A DNA stretch of 64,000 bases, from assembly GCF_009914755.1 (NCBI RefSeq), contig NC_060933.1; one strand, written 5' to 3'. Source of the DNA: the human T2T-CHM13v2.0 reference genome, Homo sapiens. Within the stretch, counting starts at the first letter, position 1, and each line of letters opens with the position of its first letter. Shown one piece after another: positions 25,402 through 38,799 of this stretch. A program made the translations under genes and the position numbers. The notes below the pieces were generated by a model. The model made no database searches. It saw only the letters and a list, made by a program, of their open reading frames with translations, and had not been told where the DNA came from.

Positions 25402-28400
25402 TTAGAATGGTTCCTGGCACATAGTGAATACTCAATAAAATATTATTACTAGCAGTATTATCCAGAAAGTCCTGGTGGCACTGGGCATCAGAACCTCTGT
25501 TTGGAGTCTCCATTCCTGCCTCAGTGTGCAAGCCTCCGGGCTCACTGAACTTAACCTTTCCATGTCACAAATAATACTAAGACCAGAGGAGGGGGAAGAA
25601 CTGACCCAACGTACCACTGAGAGCAAATGTGAAACTTGCTGTCGGACTCCCAACCTCAGGCTTTTTTTCGCAATGCCCTCCCTTCTCCGGGGCTTTGCTT
25701 TTTCTTCTACTCTTCCAACTCTACCCACCCCGCTAAGATAGAGCCTCTGGCCTAAGCCTCTGTTCCCACCATGGATGTTGGCACTTGGCTACAGTCCCCA
25801 GGCTCCCTTGGCATTCCTTTCATAGAGCTGAAGCCAGGGAGGTGAGGGCGGGTCTGGGGCAAGCCTCTGAATGTGTGGGAATGCATCCCCCACCCCAGAA
25901 ATCAGGCCTGGCTGCTGCTGGCATGCTTGCTGAGGACCCTTTGGCAGCCTTCCACAATTAGAGAAAGGCAAGGCAGCCAAGACAAGACAGAGGCTAATTA
26001 CCTTGGGTAATAGGAAATTGGAGAGCAGCTACAAGAAGGGTGTCTGGGCCTTTGGCCAGGCAAGGGCAGGGACCATGGATGCCCAGCCAGGCCTGAGCCA
26101 TTGGCCCTGAGTGGAGACTCCTGCTCAGGGTCACCCCTCGATTCCAACAACCCACCCACGGCAGCAGGAGCTGGCCCTGCTGTCAGACCTTCCTGGGACC
26201 CACTCCCTCTGCTGCTTTTGTTTGTTTTCATTCAAAAGCAAAACAAATGAAATAAACAAGGAAATTCAATTTAAACAGGGCACGGGTGCTGATGTTTCTG
26301 TTTTGTTACACCAGGGTGAGCTTAGGACAGAAAATCAGCCTTGACTTTCACTCCTTCATTTGGTCTTACCCTGTGGCACTGTGTAAATTTACATGGATGG
26401 AGGGGCTACAGAAAAAATTTGCCTTCCTAGGTGGTGTGGAAAGAGGGAGTTGGGGTTGGAGTGGGGTCAGAGAGAGGGAGAGAGGCCAAAATTCAAGTAA
26501 AAAATAGGACCAAGAAACTGAGATACACTCATAGCAACAGAAATTAAAATAATGAATAAAAAGACAAAACAGGAATGGTAGGGAGAATGACAGACAGACA
26601 AAGACAGGAAGTCATATAGAAAATACTTACACAGAGAGGGAATAAAAGACAAAGAGAAAAAGGCAGAGACACAGAGAGGCACAGTAGTGCAAAACAGATG
26701 TGAGAGAGGTAGAAAAGCTGGAAGGGCAGGAGCTCAGGAGGAGAGAGGGGATGAAAATAAATCCCATGACAGAACTCATGAGCTAGGATCTCATGCACCT
26801 TGATTTTAAAGATGCTGACACTGCAGAACAGGGAAGGAATCTGAACATTTAATCCAAGGTCCCAGAGGCAGAAGTAGTAGCAGGGCATGAGCCCAGATTC
26901 CCCAGTGGAGAGACTAGTCCTTCACTCTCCTGCCACCTGAATCCTTTAAAAGCATGGGTGCAGAATTTGGTGTCTGACTGTGTTTAACTAAAACTTGGTC
27001 CCTTCTGAGACCTCTCTCCTCTACATCAATCCTCTCCTCTCATTCCATTTCTCTCAAAAGGATTCTGGATGGTCGTTCCTTCCAAAGATAGTGGGACCCC
27101 AACTTGCCTGATAAGGACCAGTTCCTCCAGAGCTGTGCTTGGAAAAGACACTGATAACCAGCGACTGAGAAGAGTCAGGGGAGAAGAAGAAAGTGGCTAA
27201 CACGTCCTGCAGGCTGCCTATATGCCAATAATTCAGGTAAGCCTTGTTTGTGGAGTTTTCAAAGTCAACTCTCTTCCCTACAACCCTTTGAGATAGGGAC
27301 AATCACCAGCCTCCTTTTCCAGAGGTAGAAATTGTCTCATAGAGCAGTGAAAAACCTGCCTCGGGGCAGGTTATGAGCATGAGGCAGTATCAGGGTTCAC
27401 ACCCAGCCCTGCGTGTCCCCAAGGCCTGTGCTATTTCTACTGCCGCACACAGTCTTCTTGGCTCAAGAGGAAGACGAATTTGGGTAAAAAATGAGCAAGC
27501 AAAAAATGAGAATCCCCAAGAACTGACACTGGAACTATTTTAAAACTCCAGACCGAGCTGGTCAGACTCCATGGGAGGAGAGCCGCCAATGGGATAAGAG
27601 ACTGTTCCAAACAACACCCTGGTTCCTGGTCAGAGCGGCCCGGATCCCAGGGCCATTAACATCATCCATTTCAAAAATACATAAATAAAATAGAGAAGTG
27701 TTCCGAGTTAGAGATGACAAGCTCCTGACAAGCACATTTCCAGGACAGAGGAAGAAAGAATGTTCCATATTTTAAGAGGTGGAAAGGAGGGGTGGTGTCA
27801 GGCAGTGAGGAAAAGAAGGGGCAAAGGAAAGTGTTCATCACTTTTAAAGAATGTCAGCTGATTTGTCAGCTCTCAGTGTTAATTGCTTTCAGGATTCCAT
27901 AAAACATTTCATTGCTGTCTACATAATGGGGCTGCAGGATTCCAGTCCAGCTGACATCAAGCCCCTACAGCGTCACCCAGAGACAGGGTTACTCCTTCTG
28001 TATTAGTGAATAGGAATCACCCGACAGGATTCTGTCGTTCCCTGTTAGATGCTGTATCTCCTATCATTTGGTGGATGGATGGGAGAAAGTTGAAATTATC
28101 ACAAGGGCAACAACAGCAACATTGATAATAGCTAACACTTCTTAGGCTTCTACTGGAACCTCATCACTAGAGAGCTTTTGTCCATGATCCCTTCAAGTCC
28201 TCCTGGGGTCCCTGTGAGCCAAACACCACATTATCCACATTTTCAAAGAGAAGGAATTGGAGGCTCAGAGGGATGGGCAGCTCACTCAGCGTCACAGAGC
28301 TGATAAAGGACAGGGTCAGGATTTGAATCCAGGTCTGTGTGCCTTCAGTCTAACCCTAAGGAGGGGAGAAACCAGAAGCCATCTATCAGAAAATCTTTTG

Positions 28401-29284
28401 AAAATGCCATTCACTTTCTTCACAGAATTATAGTTTTCAGAGTTAGAGAGGACTTAATCGCTCTTAATGTAGTCACATACTTGTGTTTCACCTCACACAT
28501 GCAGTTGTCCCAGAGCCCAAGGTGTTGGTGAGTGCTTACTGCTTAAGAGTGTGTAGAGTTGTGCTCTCAAAGTCAGTCCCCAGTCCCACCACTCACCATG
28601 AGGATGGTGGTCATTCTTTAAGGCCTAAGGTACATCTTAAAACCTTAGTAAAATTTGCCCAGATGTCCCACTGGAAGACGTGGAATTCCATATTTACTTT
28701 GAAGATTCCATTCCTAGAGCATTCACTGCCCCCCAGGTGACTTAATATAAAGCTTGGGTCCCAACATCTAAGAGATAGTCAGTTGCAGAGCCAGGGGCAG
28801 AAGACTCAATTGCCAGCTTTTGGTGATATTCTTGAGTTTGGTGACCCAACACATTGGTTGTTACCAAGGAGTGTGAATATCTCAAGTGTTCAAAAGGGTG
28901 AGGAAGAGGCAGGGAGAGGAAGGGGAAAATGGGTTGTGCTTTGAGGTAAGCAAGGTTCACAGATTGTGGAAGGACTAACACTTACTGAGCACATGCTTGG
29001 AGATACCAAGCCAGGGTGTTTCTTGTTTAATTATCACACAACTCTACAAGGTGGGTTTTATTATTTGTTTTACAAAGGCTTTATAAGAGACCTATAGGGG
29101 TAAAGCAACTTACCTAAAGTCACATAACTAAAAATGTCAAAGCCAGATTTGAATCCATAGTCTGTGGCCTTTCTTACAATTATTAGGTTATGTTATCTGA
29201 GGATAGGACTTCTGTCTTAGTCTCATTCATATCCACAGTGCTTAGCGCAGAACCAAAACACAAGAAATACTCAGCAAATGTCTA

Positions 29285-29560
29285 GTGAATAAGTAAATAA
29301 GTTATGAATTAGTAAATGAATATGTGAATGAAGTAATTGATGAATGAATAAATTAATGTAATGAAGGAATGTAAGAGCAGGTGAATAGATGGATGAAGAG
29401 ACGAATGGATGGAGGGAAAGAGGGAAGAAGGGCAAGAGGGAGGGATAAATGGAAAATAGATGAATGTTTGGGTAGACAGATAGTTAAATGGATGAGTGAA
29501 TGAATCCCTGAGTGTCTAAATACAGTAATAAATAAATGAGTTGAATAACTGGTGAATAAA
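29285..29560 (+). repeat. (GAAT/GGAT)-rich low-complexity tail following an L2 3' end
   Basis: Degenerate TGAA/TGGA tetramers after an L2-like terminus. Confidence 0.7.
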
Positions 29561-31055
29561 GCTCAACTTCGTAACAACTTCAGCTTTCTAACTTGACAAG
29601 GGAGGTGAGCTATCATTCCATAATTGGGGTACATAAGGAGAGGTGGTCTATAAAGCTCTATGTTATAGCTTATGATGGTTGCATCTAGATCTAAAAACAA
29701 CACTCACTGAGGTAGGAAATAAAAAGTAACAAATGAGCTCCTTTTCTCTTCCAGGCTAACAAATGAAGCTCAGAGTGACTGCCTCTTGCATCTCCAGAAG
29801 TTTGAATGCAGTGACTCCAATGAACTCTACAAAGGAGTGATAATTGCACTATTTTTAAAAGGCTGGCTGGATCTATTAATAAAAAAGTGTATATTGTATA
29901 TATATATCAGCGTATATATCTCAGTATGCGTATTTCAGTCTGTATGTGTCTATATATCAGATATACTAATATAATATTTAAAGAGAAGAAAGGATACAAG
30001 AGGTAAAAGATCACTAGGCAGAGATCCCTGACCCAACCAACCTTGATAACTTGATCTGTGCTCTTGAGTAAGCCCTCTTCTCTCTCTGAGCTACAGATTT
30101 CTAATCAGTAGAAGGAATGGTTTTAAATTTCTGGCCTCTCTGGGCACTTCAGGACTCACCTGGTGTGATTCTGTGATCCATTGTGGCATACTTCTCAAAT
30201 GGACACTTCTAAACCTTAGAATCTCAAGTTGCACATACAGGCTAGCTAATAAAACATTTGGCTGGCCTGCACAGAATAACTCATGCCATTCCTCTTAGGC
30301 TTAAAATCATCCTGTCTGCCTCATGATCCCCACACACCCAACACATCTTACTTGTAGAGACCGTCGGGCTCCAGACACTTGAAGATGACTGAGTAGATAC
30401 TGACTTCAGGGACCTCTCCATGGCTTCGACCAGCTGCTACACAAGATGTGCCCAGGCCAGAGAGTAAGTCATCAGCAAAACTCAGGAATTCTCCTGGAGG
30501 GAGAAAAAGAAAGATGAGCTCCCCAGCTCAGGCCATAGTGAGGAGACGTTTTTGCTGTCATCCAAACCTATCAAATGTCTTGATACCATTATCAAGAAAA
30601 ATAATGGATAGAAAAAGCAAAAGATATGAAAATGAAACAGATTTGTATTTAGCCTTGATGACTCTTTGTTCATATTTATGCGCAATTTTTTCATCCATAA
30701 AGTGGAAACACTAATACCTACCTTTATAAGATTGTAGCAAGACTCAAATGAGGTAAATTATTGTGTAATAAAAATTTATGAAAAGGTAGCAAGGATATTA
30801 TGCTTTTTTTTTTCTGTAACTATTCTGGCCTTGTCACTGTTATTCACTCCCTGTTAACTCCTTGAGCAAAGCTCTTCTCTCTTAGAATTGCATTTTCCTT
30901 CTTTGTATAATGAAGGAACTGGACTAAAGATGTAAAATAATTTTCATGTCAAATTGCCACTGTTAGGCATGGGTACTGGATTCATGGAGTGTTATAGTGA
31001 GATGGACAGAGACCAGCTAAGGAGTAAAGAGTTCTGTGATTGATTAGTGATGAAG

Positions 31056-31121
31056 GTCATGGAACCTTCACCATGTACAGGATGTACATGATGTCATGGA
31101 ACGTTCACCATGTACAGGATG
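31056..31121 (+). repeat. 29-bp direct repeat (period 37) with internal hairpins
   Basis: GTCATGGAAC(C/G)TTCACCATGTACAGGATG at 31056-31084 and 31093-31121. Confidence 0.9.
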
Positions 31122-31449
31122 GAACAATGGGAGACTATGTGCCACATATTTGTGATCCTCAAACTCCATCACTTCTTTAATTTACTTTAAATCTAACCAT
31201 TGGATTTTAAGAAGTAGTGGAAGTTTACTAGAAACAGAACTAATAAAGAAGTCTAGGAAGTAAAGAAAACTAGAAAGAATAACTGAACATCTAGACTCTT
31301 GGGATCTAGTCTTAGTTCTGTTGAGAATTTGCTGTATAGTCTTGGGCAACTAAATCCTCATTTTTTGTGCTTCAGTTTTCTCCTCTGCATGGTGAAGGTG
31401 CCAGAATCATTGTTAGGATTCTTGAAAAAAATAAAATAAAAATACAGAT

Positions 31450-31870
31450 ATGAACAAAAATTAAGTTATAAGGATAAACATCGCAGTACTATTTATACTA
31501 GCAAGAATGTAGAAACAGCTAAATGTCCAACTACATAGAAATGGCTATATCAATTGAGTTCAATGATGCAATAGGCTATTTTATAGTCATTAAAAATAAT
31601 CTGTGAAAGAATATGAAAGGATATTTATGACATAATGTGAAGTTAAAAACAGGTTACACTATTACAAAATAATCTCATTTTTGTAGAAATTTTATATGCA
31701 CATGCATTTAAAAACAGAAGGAAGAAAATAAAAACAAATGTTTAAGGTGGACTGTCTGGAGAGTGACATAATGGGCACTTTTTCTATCTTATTTTTGCTT
31801 ATCTCTATTTTAAAAATTATCTTCAATAAACATATATTGCTTTTGTAACCCATAAAAATATCAATAAAAA
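31450..31870 (+). mobile_element. Ancient L1 (L1ME-like) 3' fragment
   Basis: AGAAACAGCTAAATGTCCAAC and an AT-rich L1ME-like 3'UTR. Confidence 0.6.
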
Positions 31871-32301
31871 TTACTTAAAAATAGATAAAGTAAATGGGCC
31901 AGACTAAATGGCCTCTAAGTTCCCCTCTAATTCTAAAATTGGATGATCTAGGAAAAAAACTGACATATGAGGTATTTTTATACCGCACAGTATAAAATGA
32001 TATGAGGCCTCTCAACTGTTGTTTTCTTCTTTTCTTCATGCCTGATAGAGAGTTCCTCAGAGCTCTATTCATGTACAGCCCCACTAATAAACCAGAAAAG
32101 GGTGCCAGCTCCATTACATCCTCTCTACCTGGGGTTAAGAACAAGACAATGTCATGAAACCATAAAAGAACAATAGTGTTGGCTCGTGTTTCAGAAGATT
32201 AGGACTCAGAGCAGCCTGGTGGTGCTTCTCTACCAAGGAACTGGTTGAGCAGAATATACAGATCACTTCCTGTTGGTCTTTCAAAGAAAAGTTTCATTCT
32301 T

Positions 32302-32612
32302 TATTTTATTTATTTATTTATTTTTTAATTTTAATTTTAATTTTTTTGAGACAGGGTCTCATTCTGTTGCCAAGTCTGGAGTGCAGTGGTGCAACCTCAG
32401 CTCATTGAAGCCTCTGCCCCGCAGGCTCAAGAGGTCCTCCCACCTCAGCTTCCCAAATAGCTGGTACTACAGGCATGCACCACCACACCCAGCTGACTTT
32501 TGTATTCTTTGTAGAGATGGGGTCTTACCCTGTTGCTCAGGCTGGTCTCAAACTACTGAGCCTTGGCCTCCCAAAGTGCTGAGATTATAGGCACGAGTCA
32601 CTGTGCCTGGCC
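32302..32612 (-). mobile_element. AluJ with 15-bp TSD
   Basis: GAGACAGGGTCTC...; TSD AAAAGTTTCATTCTT at 32287-32301 and 32614-32628. Confidence 0.92.
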
Positions 32613-33259
32613 CAAAAGTTTCATTCTTAAAGAAAAACAGTTTTAAAAAGAAGAGTTTCATTCTTCGTCTCACAAGTGAATCTTGCAAGACTTATCTGAC
32701 TGAATTGGCCAGATGGCCCTGGGATTCAGCCGAACAACAGTTCTAGAAGGTATTTGCTCCTTTAGTCCAATAGAGCAGGTCTTGATGGGTACTGTTTCTT
32801 GGTTTCTATTTTTCACGAAGACAATACATGGTTCATAGACTTGACGCGTAGATGCTAGATTTAGGATCAAGTGTCTAAATCAGGGTAGTGTTGGCAACAG
32901 GCAATTTCAGCTGCCACTGCCAGACAGACCTGAGACTGAGTACTAATTCCACCATGGGCTGCAAGTCCTTAAACTTCTCAATGTCTCCATGTTTCTTTTT
33001 GTTACAAGGAGTTAACAGCACTCTCATGCATTTGGAGTCTACAGAGTAAAGCCAAGGGTCTAGAAAGAAACAAAGATGCCTAGAACCAGAGGTTTGTCTG
33101 GAAAATGAAGATGTGAATGAATCTTTTATTCAGCATAATTTTGGCATCCCACATTTCTTCTGTAGGCCTCTTATATCAGTTTCTTTCATAGTACAACCAG
33201 AAACTAACAATATGTCCATTTCAAAAAATATCACAAATTCCAGAGCAATGTATGTGATA

Positions 33260-33265
<6 letters not shown>

Positions 33266-33315
<50 letters not shown>
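33266..33315 (+). repeat. Perfect A50 homopolymer
   Basis: Counted directly. Confidence 0.95.
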
Positions 33316-33318
<3 letters not shown>

Positions 33319-33518
33319 GGCATTGGTGGTGAGGGTGAGGGTAGGGGAGAGAAAAGACATGGGATTATTCACTAGATGGAGTGAGGGTCTTATTTCACTT
33401 GGGTACTCAGGATTCCAAGTCTGGCTACATGTGTTTGTTTTCTTTGAGCTTGGGTCCATGTCTGTCTGCTTTTCAATTTGTTTCCAGATAGCCAATGAGA
33501 GAGCTGGATCTTCATGAG

Positions 33519-33881
33519 TGTATTAGTCATTATCACATTGCTATGAAGAAATACTTGAGACTGGGTAACTCATAAAGAAAAGGGATTTAATTGACTCATG
33601 GTTCTGCATGGCTAGAGGGGCCTCAGGAAACTTACAATCATGGCGGAAGGCACCTCTTCACAGGGTGGCAGGAGAGAGAATGAGTGCCCAGGGAAGGGGG
33701 AAATAGCCCCTTATAAAATCATCAGATCTCATGAGAGCTCACTTACTATCACGAGAACAGCATGGGGTAACCACCCCCATAATCTAATCAACTCCCTCGA
33801 GGTCCCTCCCAGGACACATGGGGATTATGGGAACTACAATTCAAGATGAGATTTGGGTGAGGGTACAGCCAAACCATATCA
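33519..33881 (-). mobile_element. THE1C/D-like solo LTR (ERVL-MaLR)
   Basis: TG...CA termini (TGTATTAGTC / CAGCCAAACCATATCA); 5-bp flanks ATGAG/ATGAA. Confidence 0.92.
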
Positions 33882-35052
33882 ATGAAGGAACTCAGTATGT
33901 TTGTGGCCTGTGTTAATTACCTGTCTTGAGATGAAAAGATGGCTGATATTCATTTTCAAATGGGAATAGCTTTCCAGATAGTTCCATGAATTTCAGAATA
34001 ATTGGGACCATGGATACAAGCCCCATAAACATGTCAGGTCAGTAAGACTGGCATGATTCTATGTTCTGAAAAATTCTAAGGTTTGCAGGTTTAATTCAAG
34101 TGAAGGAACTGGCTCACCTGCAGTATATGCAGTATAACTAGTCATACCAAGATCATTATAAGGATATTTAGTGCCCAGTTCTATTCACAACTGTATGAAT
34201 ATAAACATCTTCAAATGAGAAAGTTAAAAGGAAGGCAACTGACATCTAGTACTTATTTTTCTTTTTTCCATTTAATCCTCACAGCAATCTAACAAGTTAG
34301 ATTTTATCTTCCCCATGGTAAAGCTGAGGTTAATGTTGCAGTTAAAAAGGAAGATAGCTGAGATTAGAACCCCTATTTTTTCAGTTCCAAAGACATACCT
34401 TTTCTTTTATACTATGCTGCCTCCTAGAGAAAGTTTGAAAATGATAGTATTAGAAAGGGAGGTTTCTCAATGCTATTCAATTTGCAATTGAATTCCCGCC
34501 ACACTCTTAGCTTGAGGAATGAGACAATAAAAGAAATGGTCCCTGACCTTCTACAGCTTGTAATCTGACAACAGGAAGGGTTGTTAAATACAAGAACAAA
34601 CCTATAAAGTAAACTGTAAGATAGCTTTTTTTGGCACTGGATTTCAGAAGGTTTAAATGCAATTTAGATGAAGACAGGTGAATGAAGTAATCCCCCAGTG
34701 TTCTTCCTCACCCAGTGGAGGGGGTACTAAGAAAGGCATGGGGGCTTCTCTATGCACAAATGAAAATCAATGCAATTCAACACATGTATTTTAGTTCCAC
34801 AATATAACATACTCTGCATCTGGCAACCATACAATTGAATGAGCAATAATATACACAGCAGTGGTTAGGAGCCTGGGCTTTTAAGTTTACTCTGCCTAAG
34901 ATTAAATCCTAGTACTCCACTTACTGCTTGTCTTGGACAAGCTCCTTAACTCTGTACATCTATATTCTTATATGTAAAATGAGGAGAATAATAGTATCTA
35001 ACTTAGACAGTTGCAAACATCATATAAAATACTGTATACTGGAACACAGTAA

Positions 35053-35427
<375 letters not shown>

Positions 35428-38230
35428 TAGAGATAAGGACTCTTAAAGATATCTTTTTATCCAAGCTTCTCTTTTTACAGGTGACAAAACTGAAGATCAG
35501 AGAAGGACAGTGACAGGTCCATGCCCATACACTCAACAGGAGGAGATTTGGAACGAAAACTTGGTGCCTTGACTCCTGGAGTCTCGGAGATAACTTGTAC
35601 CAGCCAACTTATGAGATAAAATCACTGAGAATTTAAAATCTCTCAAAGCTAACACAGGAGCCCTTCCTCCCCAATTTCTGACCACTTTATTCAACATGAA
35701 TGTGATATACAGTCCCTGGGCAATTACTACGCACCAGACACTGTGCTAGGTACATGGTTCCACCTTGCCATCTTCTTAAGCCTGGAATTTCTGAGAAAGA
35801 CACAAAGTCTCCAAGAGATAGGAGTTTAGTACATTTCTAATATGTCATATATTTTAACAGTGGTTTGCAGATTATAACATAGAGAACTCCAGGGGCAAGG
35901 ATGAACACTAACAGGAGAGAGATTGGGGCCAGTCTTCCATATACTCACACTAACCTTCAACTAGATCAACTCTAGTTTGATCTATTTTATATACTAGCGG
36001 TCCATGTTTTTATTTAGTTTTTTACAAAACTGTTTATAAAAGTTGGTTTTAAAGTTTTATTGCTTAAAGTGTTTGAATTCCAGAACTGTGCTGTATTCTC
36101 TGATAGAAATACAGAGGCTTGGGAATGCTACACCTTAATTCAAGGATTTGCAGCTACTCAGGGGCAGAATCCAGAATCAAGCCCCACTGTCTTGCATCTG
36201 AGCCCCATGCACCTTTCACTAGGCCACTCTACCTGGGAGGCCTCTGCTCCGTCCTCCCTGGTACCTTGTTAGGGGCTTATGGTAGAACCCTCCTAGAACC
36301 CAGGCTGCTGCTTCTGCCTCGCCCAAGTTCGTCCAAGTCTCTAACATTCTTTTCCTGTTTTTCTTTTCTTGAAAACAGATAGGGAGTTGGGAGTCGCTGT
36401 ACAGGAATGTGCCTGTTCCCCATTACAGCTCTTCTGGGGCTGTAACCCGAGTGGGCTGGGGCCAGACCCCCACACATTTCTTTATCCACTCAGACTCTAG
36501 CCTTGCTCTCATTACCTTCCACAGAAAATGTTAATCATGATTCTGCTGCAGCTTCAGAATCAACCCAACAAAGCATGGATCAATTTTTCTAGAGGCCCCA
36601 CCCCCTATTCCTCAATTCCCTCTCCCTCTCCTTTCAGCAGTCCCTCAATCCTCCTCCTTGTTTCCCCTCTCTCTCTCTTTCTCCCCTCACCCTCTTGCTT
36701 CTGAATGAGTTGAGGTCACCGTCAAAGCCGGCCACATGAGCAAATTGAAAACAGGTTGGGAGAAAAGCAGAAAAGAAATTCCAGAATGGAAGGAGCAGTG
36801 GGAGTGGGGGGATGTGGGGGTGGGGACGGCAAGTTTTTTAGCCCAGGTGAGGAGAAAGGTCCCCAGCTCAGGGCTCCAAACTCTTTTCGGGAAACACCAA
36901 GAGGATTTAGGAGTCGTCACTCTGGGCCTGGCCTCTCTAACCTGCAGATGCTCTTTGTCATGGTGCCCAGGGAGAAGCAGAGCTCTCTCTGCATTTCCTT
37001 TACTTGGGCAACTGTAGAAATTCATTATGAGAACTTGTCAGGGACAAAATGCATCTTTAAGGGCCTCATACCTATCAGCTGCAGTTGGTTTGTTTCTTCT
37101 GAAACATGGTGTTATTTTAAATCTGAAGAAGCAGTGTGTAGAGATCCTCACCTTTATTGTAATGGCAGTAGGAGGTAGTAGAAAGAGAGTGGGTTTTGGG
37201 GAGCAGATGACACCTAGTTTTGAAGCCAGACCTACCACTTATGAACTATATTATGTAGAGATGGATGATTAAACTCTCAGAGACTGCTTCTTCATCTGAA
37301 AAGATGATCCTATCAATTTCAGAGAGTCAGGTGAGGATTGAGTAAGAGAATATTTATAATATGTCTGATACATGAATAGCTTACAAATGTTAGTGCCCCC
37401 CTCACCCCTGCTCCCTCAGGTCTGAATAATTTGTCTGATGGCAAAATTTTTAGTTATCACGCTCAGTTGCTTTTAGGTGCATTACATCATATCTAACTCC
37501 CTAAAACCTTCCTGTTTTTTTGCAAAAAGAAGACATTTTGAATGGAAGGAAGGAATGAAATAAGAAACAAAGAAAGAAAGGAAGCAAAAAGAGGGAAATA
37601 AAAATGTTATTTGGCTTTTATTACATGGCATCAACAACGCTAGACATTTTTACTTATATTGTCTTGGTTAAATATTCAAAACAATCCATCTTGCTTAAAA
37701 TTCGATAAAACCTAATGAATTCAGTGAATTGTGCTTTTGCAGATGAGGAAACAGTTTCATCTGTAAATAACTTTCTCACAAAAATCTACCTAGGAATGTC
37801 AGAGTAAAGGCTGAAGTCAGGACATTCAGCACCCAAAGTCTGTGCCTTTCCTACTGCACATTTCCCTCCAGACTGCGAGATGCCTGGGGTGGGAATTCTG
37901 TTTCAGTCACCCTTGTGTTACTGGTGTCCAGCATAGGGCTGATGATGAAGCTATTTACTGAAGCCTGTGAAACTGAACTTCAGTGGTTGAAGCCTGGATC
38001 TGCTCCTATTTACTCGACATCAGCACCTGGCATTAGAACTCTCTCTTGGGATAGCCAGGCTGCCTCCTGCATAACCTTTCAGGAGTAAATAGGACACAAA
38101 TAATACAGGAAAGGAGGAAATGACGTAAAGATAAGGGCTCCAAAAAAAGGGAATAGTGATCTAGCAAATACCTACTGAGAGTTTCTGTGTGCCAGGCATC
38201 GTGCTGAGACTTCAGGCTCATCCTCATGCC

Positions 38231-38244
38231 TGCCCTCTAGTGGA
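38231..38244 (-). promoter_or_regulatory. CTCF core motif
   Basis: Reverse strand TCCACTAGAGGGCA matches core CCACYAGRGGGC; motif only. Confidence 0.45.
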
Positions 38245-38638
38245 CACCTGTTGGTTTGACTGGCTATAAAGGCATGCCTCTTTCTACCAACAGCACCTGA
38301 GTTTTCCTTTGGGGAACCAGCTCTCCCCCAATCTCAGTCTAAACAATTTAGGTAGAGCTAAGGCCCCTTTTATCCTTCAGAGACTGGCATGTGATCGATG
38401 GCCAGCCATTTCATGTCAAAGGTCAAAAAGACAAGTGACCTAGGCTTAATCAATCAGACTAACTCCAGGTACAGACACCAACCAAGTTCTGATGACATTA
38501 TTTGAAGCCCTGGACCCAGTTGTGTCTGAGGCCTAGATCTACCCTTGGGTATTTCAGATACATGAGTTAGTATTTTTGCATTTTTGCAACTTTCCATTTG
38601 TTTTCTGTTCCTTGCAATCAGGAGTCCTCTCAAATACA
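38238..38638 (+). mobile_element. MLT1K-like LTR
   Basis: TAGTGGACACCTG...CCTTTGGGGAACC...CCCTGGACCCAGTTGTGTCTGAGGCC...AATACA. Confidence 0.65.
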
Positions 38639-38799
38639 AATCCTATGAGGTATGTTTTATGATTGCCATTTTATAAATGAAAAAATAATGCTCACAGATC
38701 TAAATCAAGTAGTCCAAAGTCATACTCCATCTAAATAAGAAGGCTGGAATTCAGATTCAAAGCTGTCAGACTCCAAAACCCGAGCCTTTCCTATCATAA

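Noticed and set aside
33113-33517. Poly-Lys / poly-Phe ORFs
   Set aside because: Translation of the A50 run.
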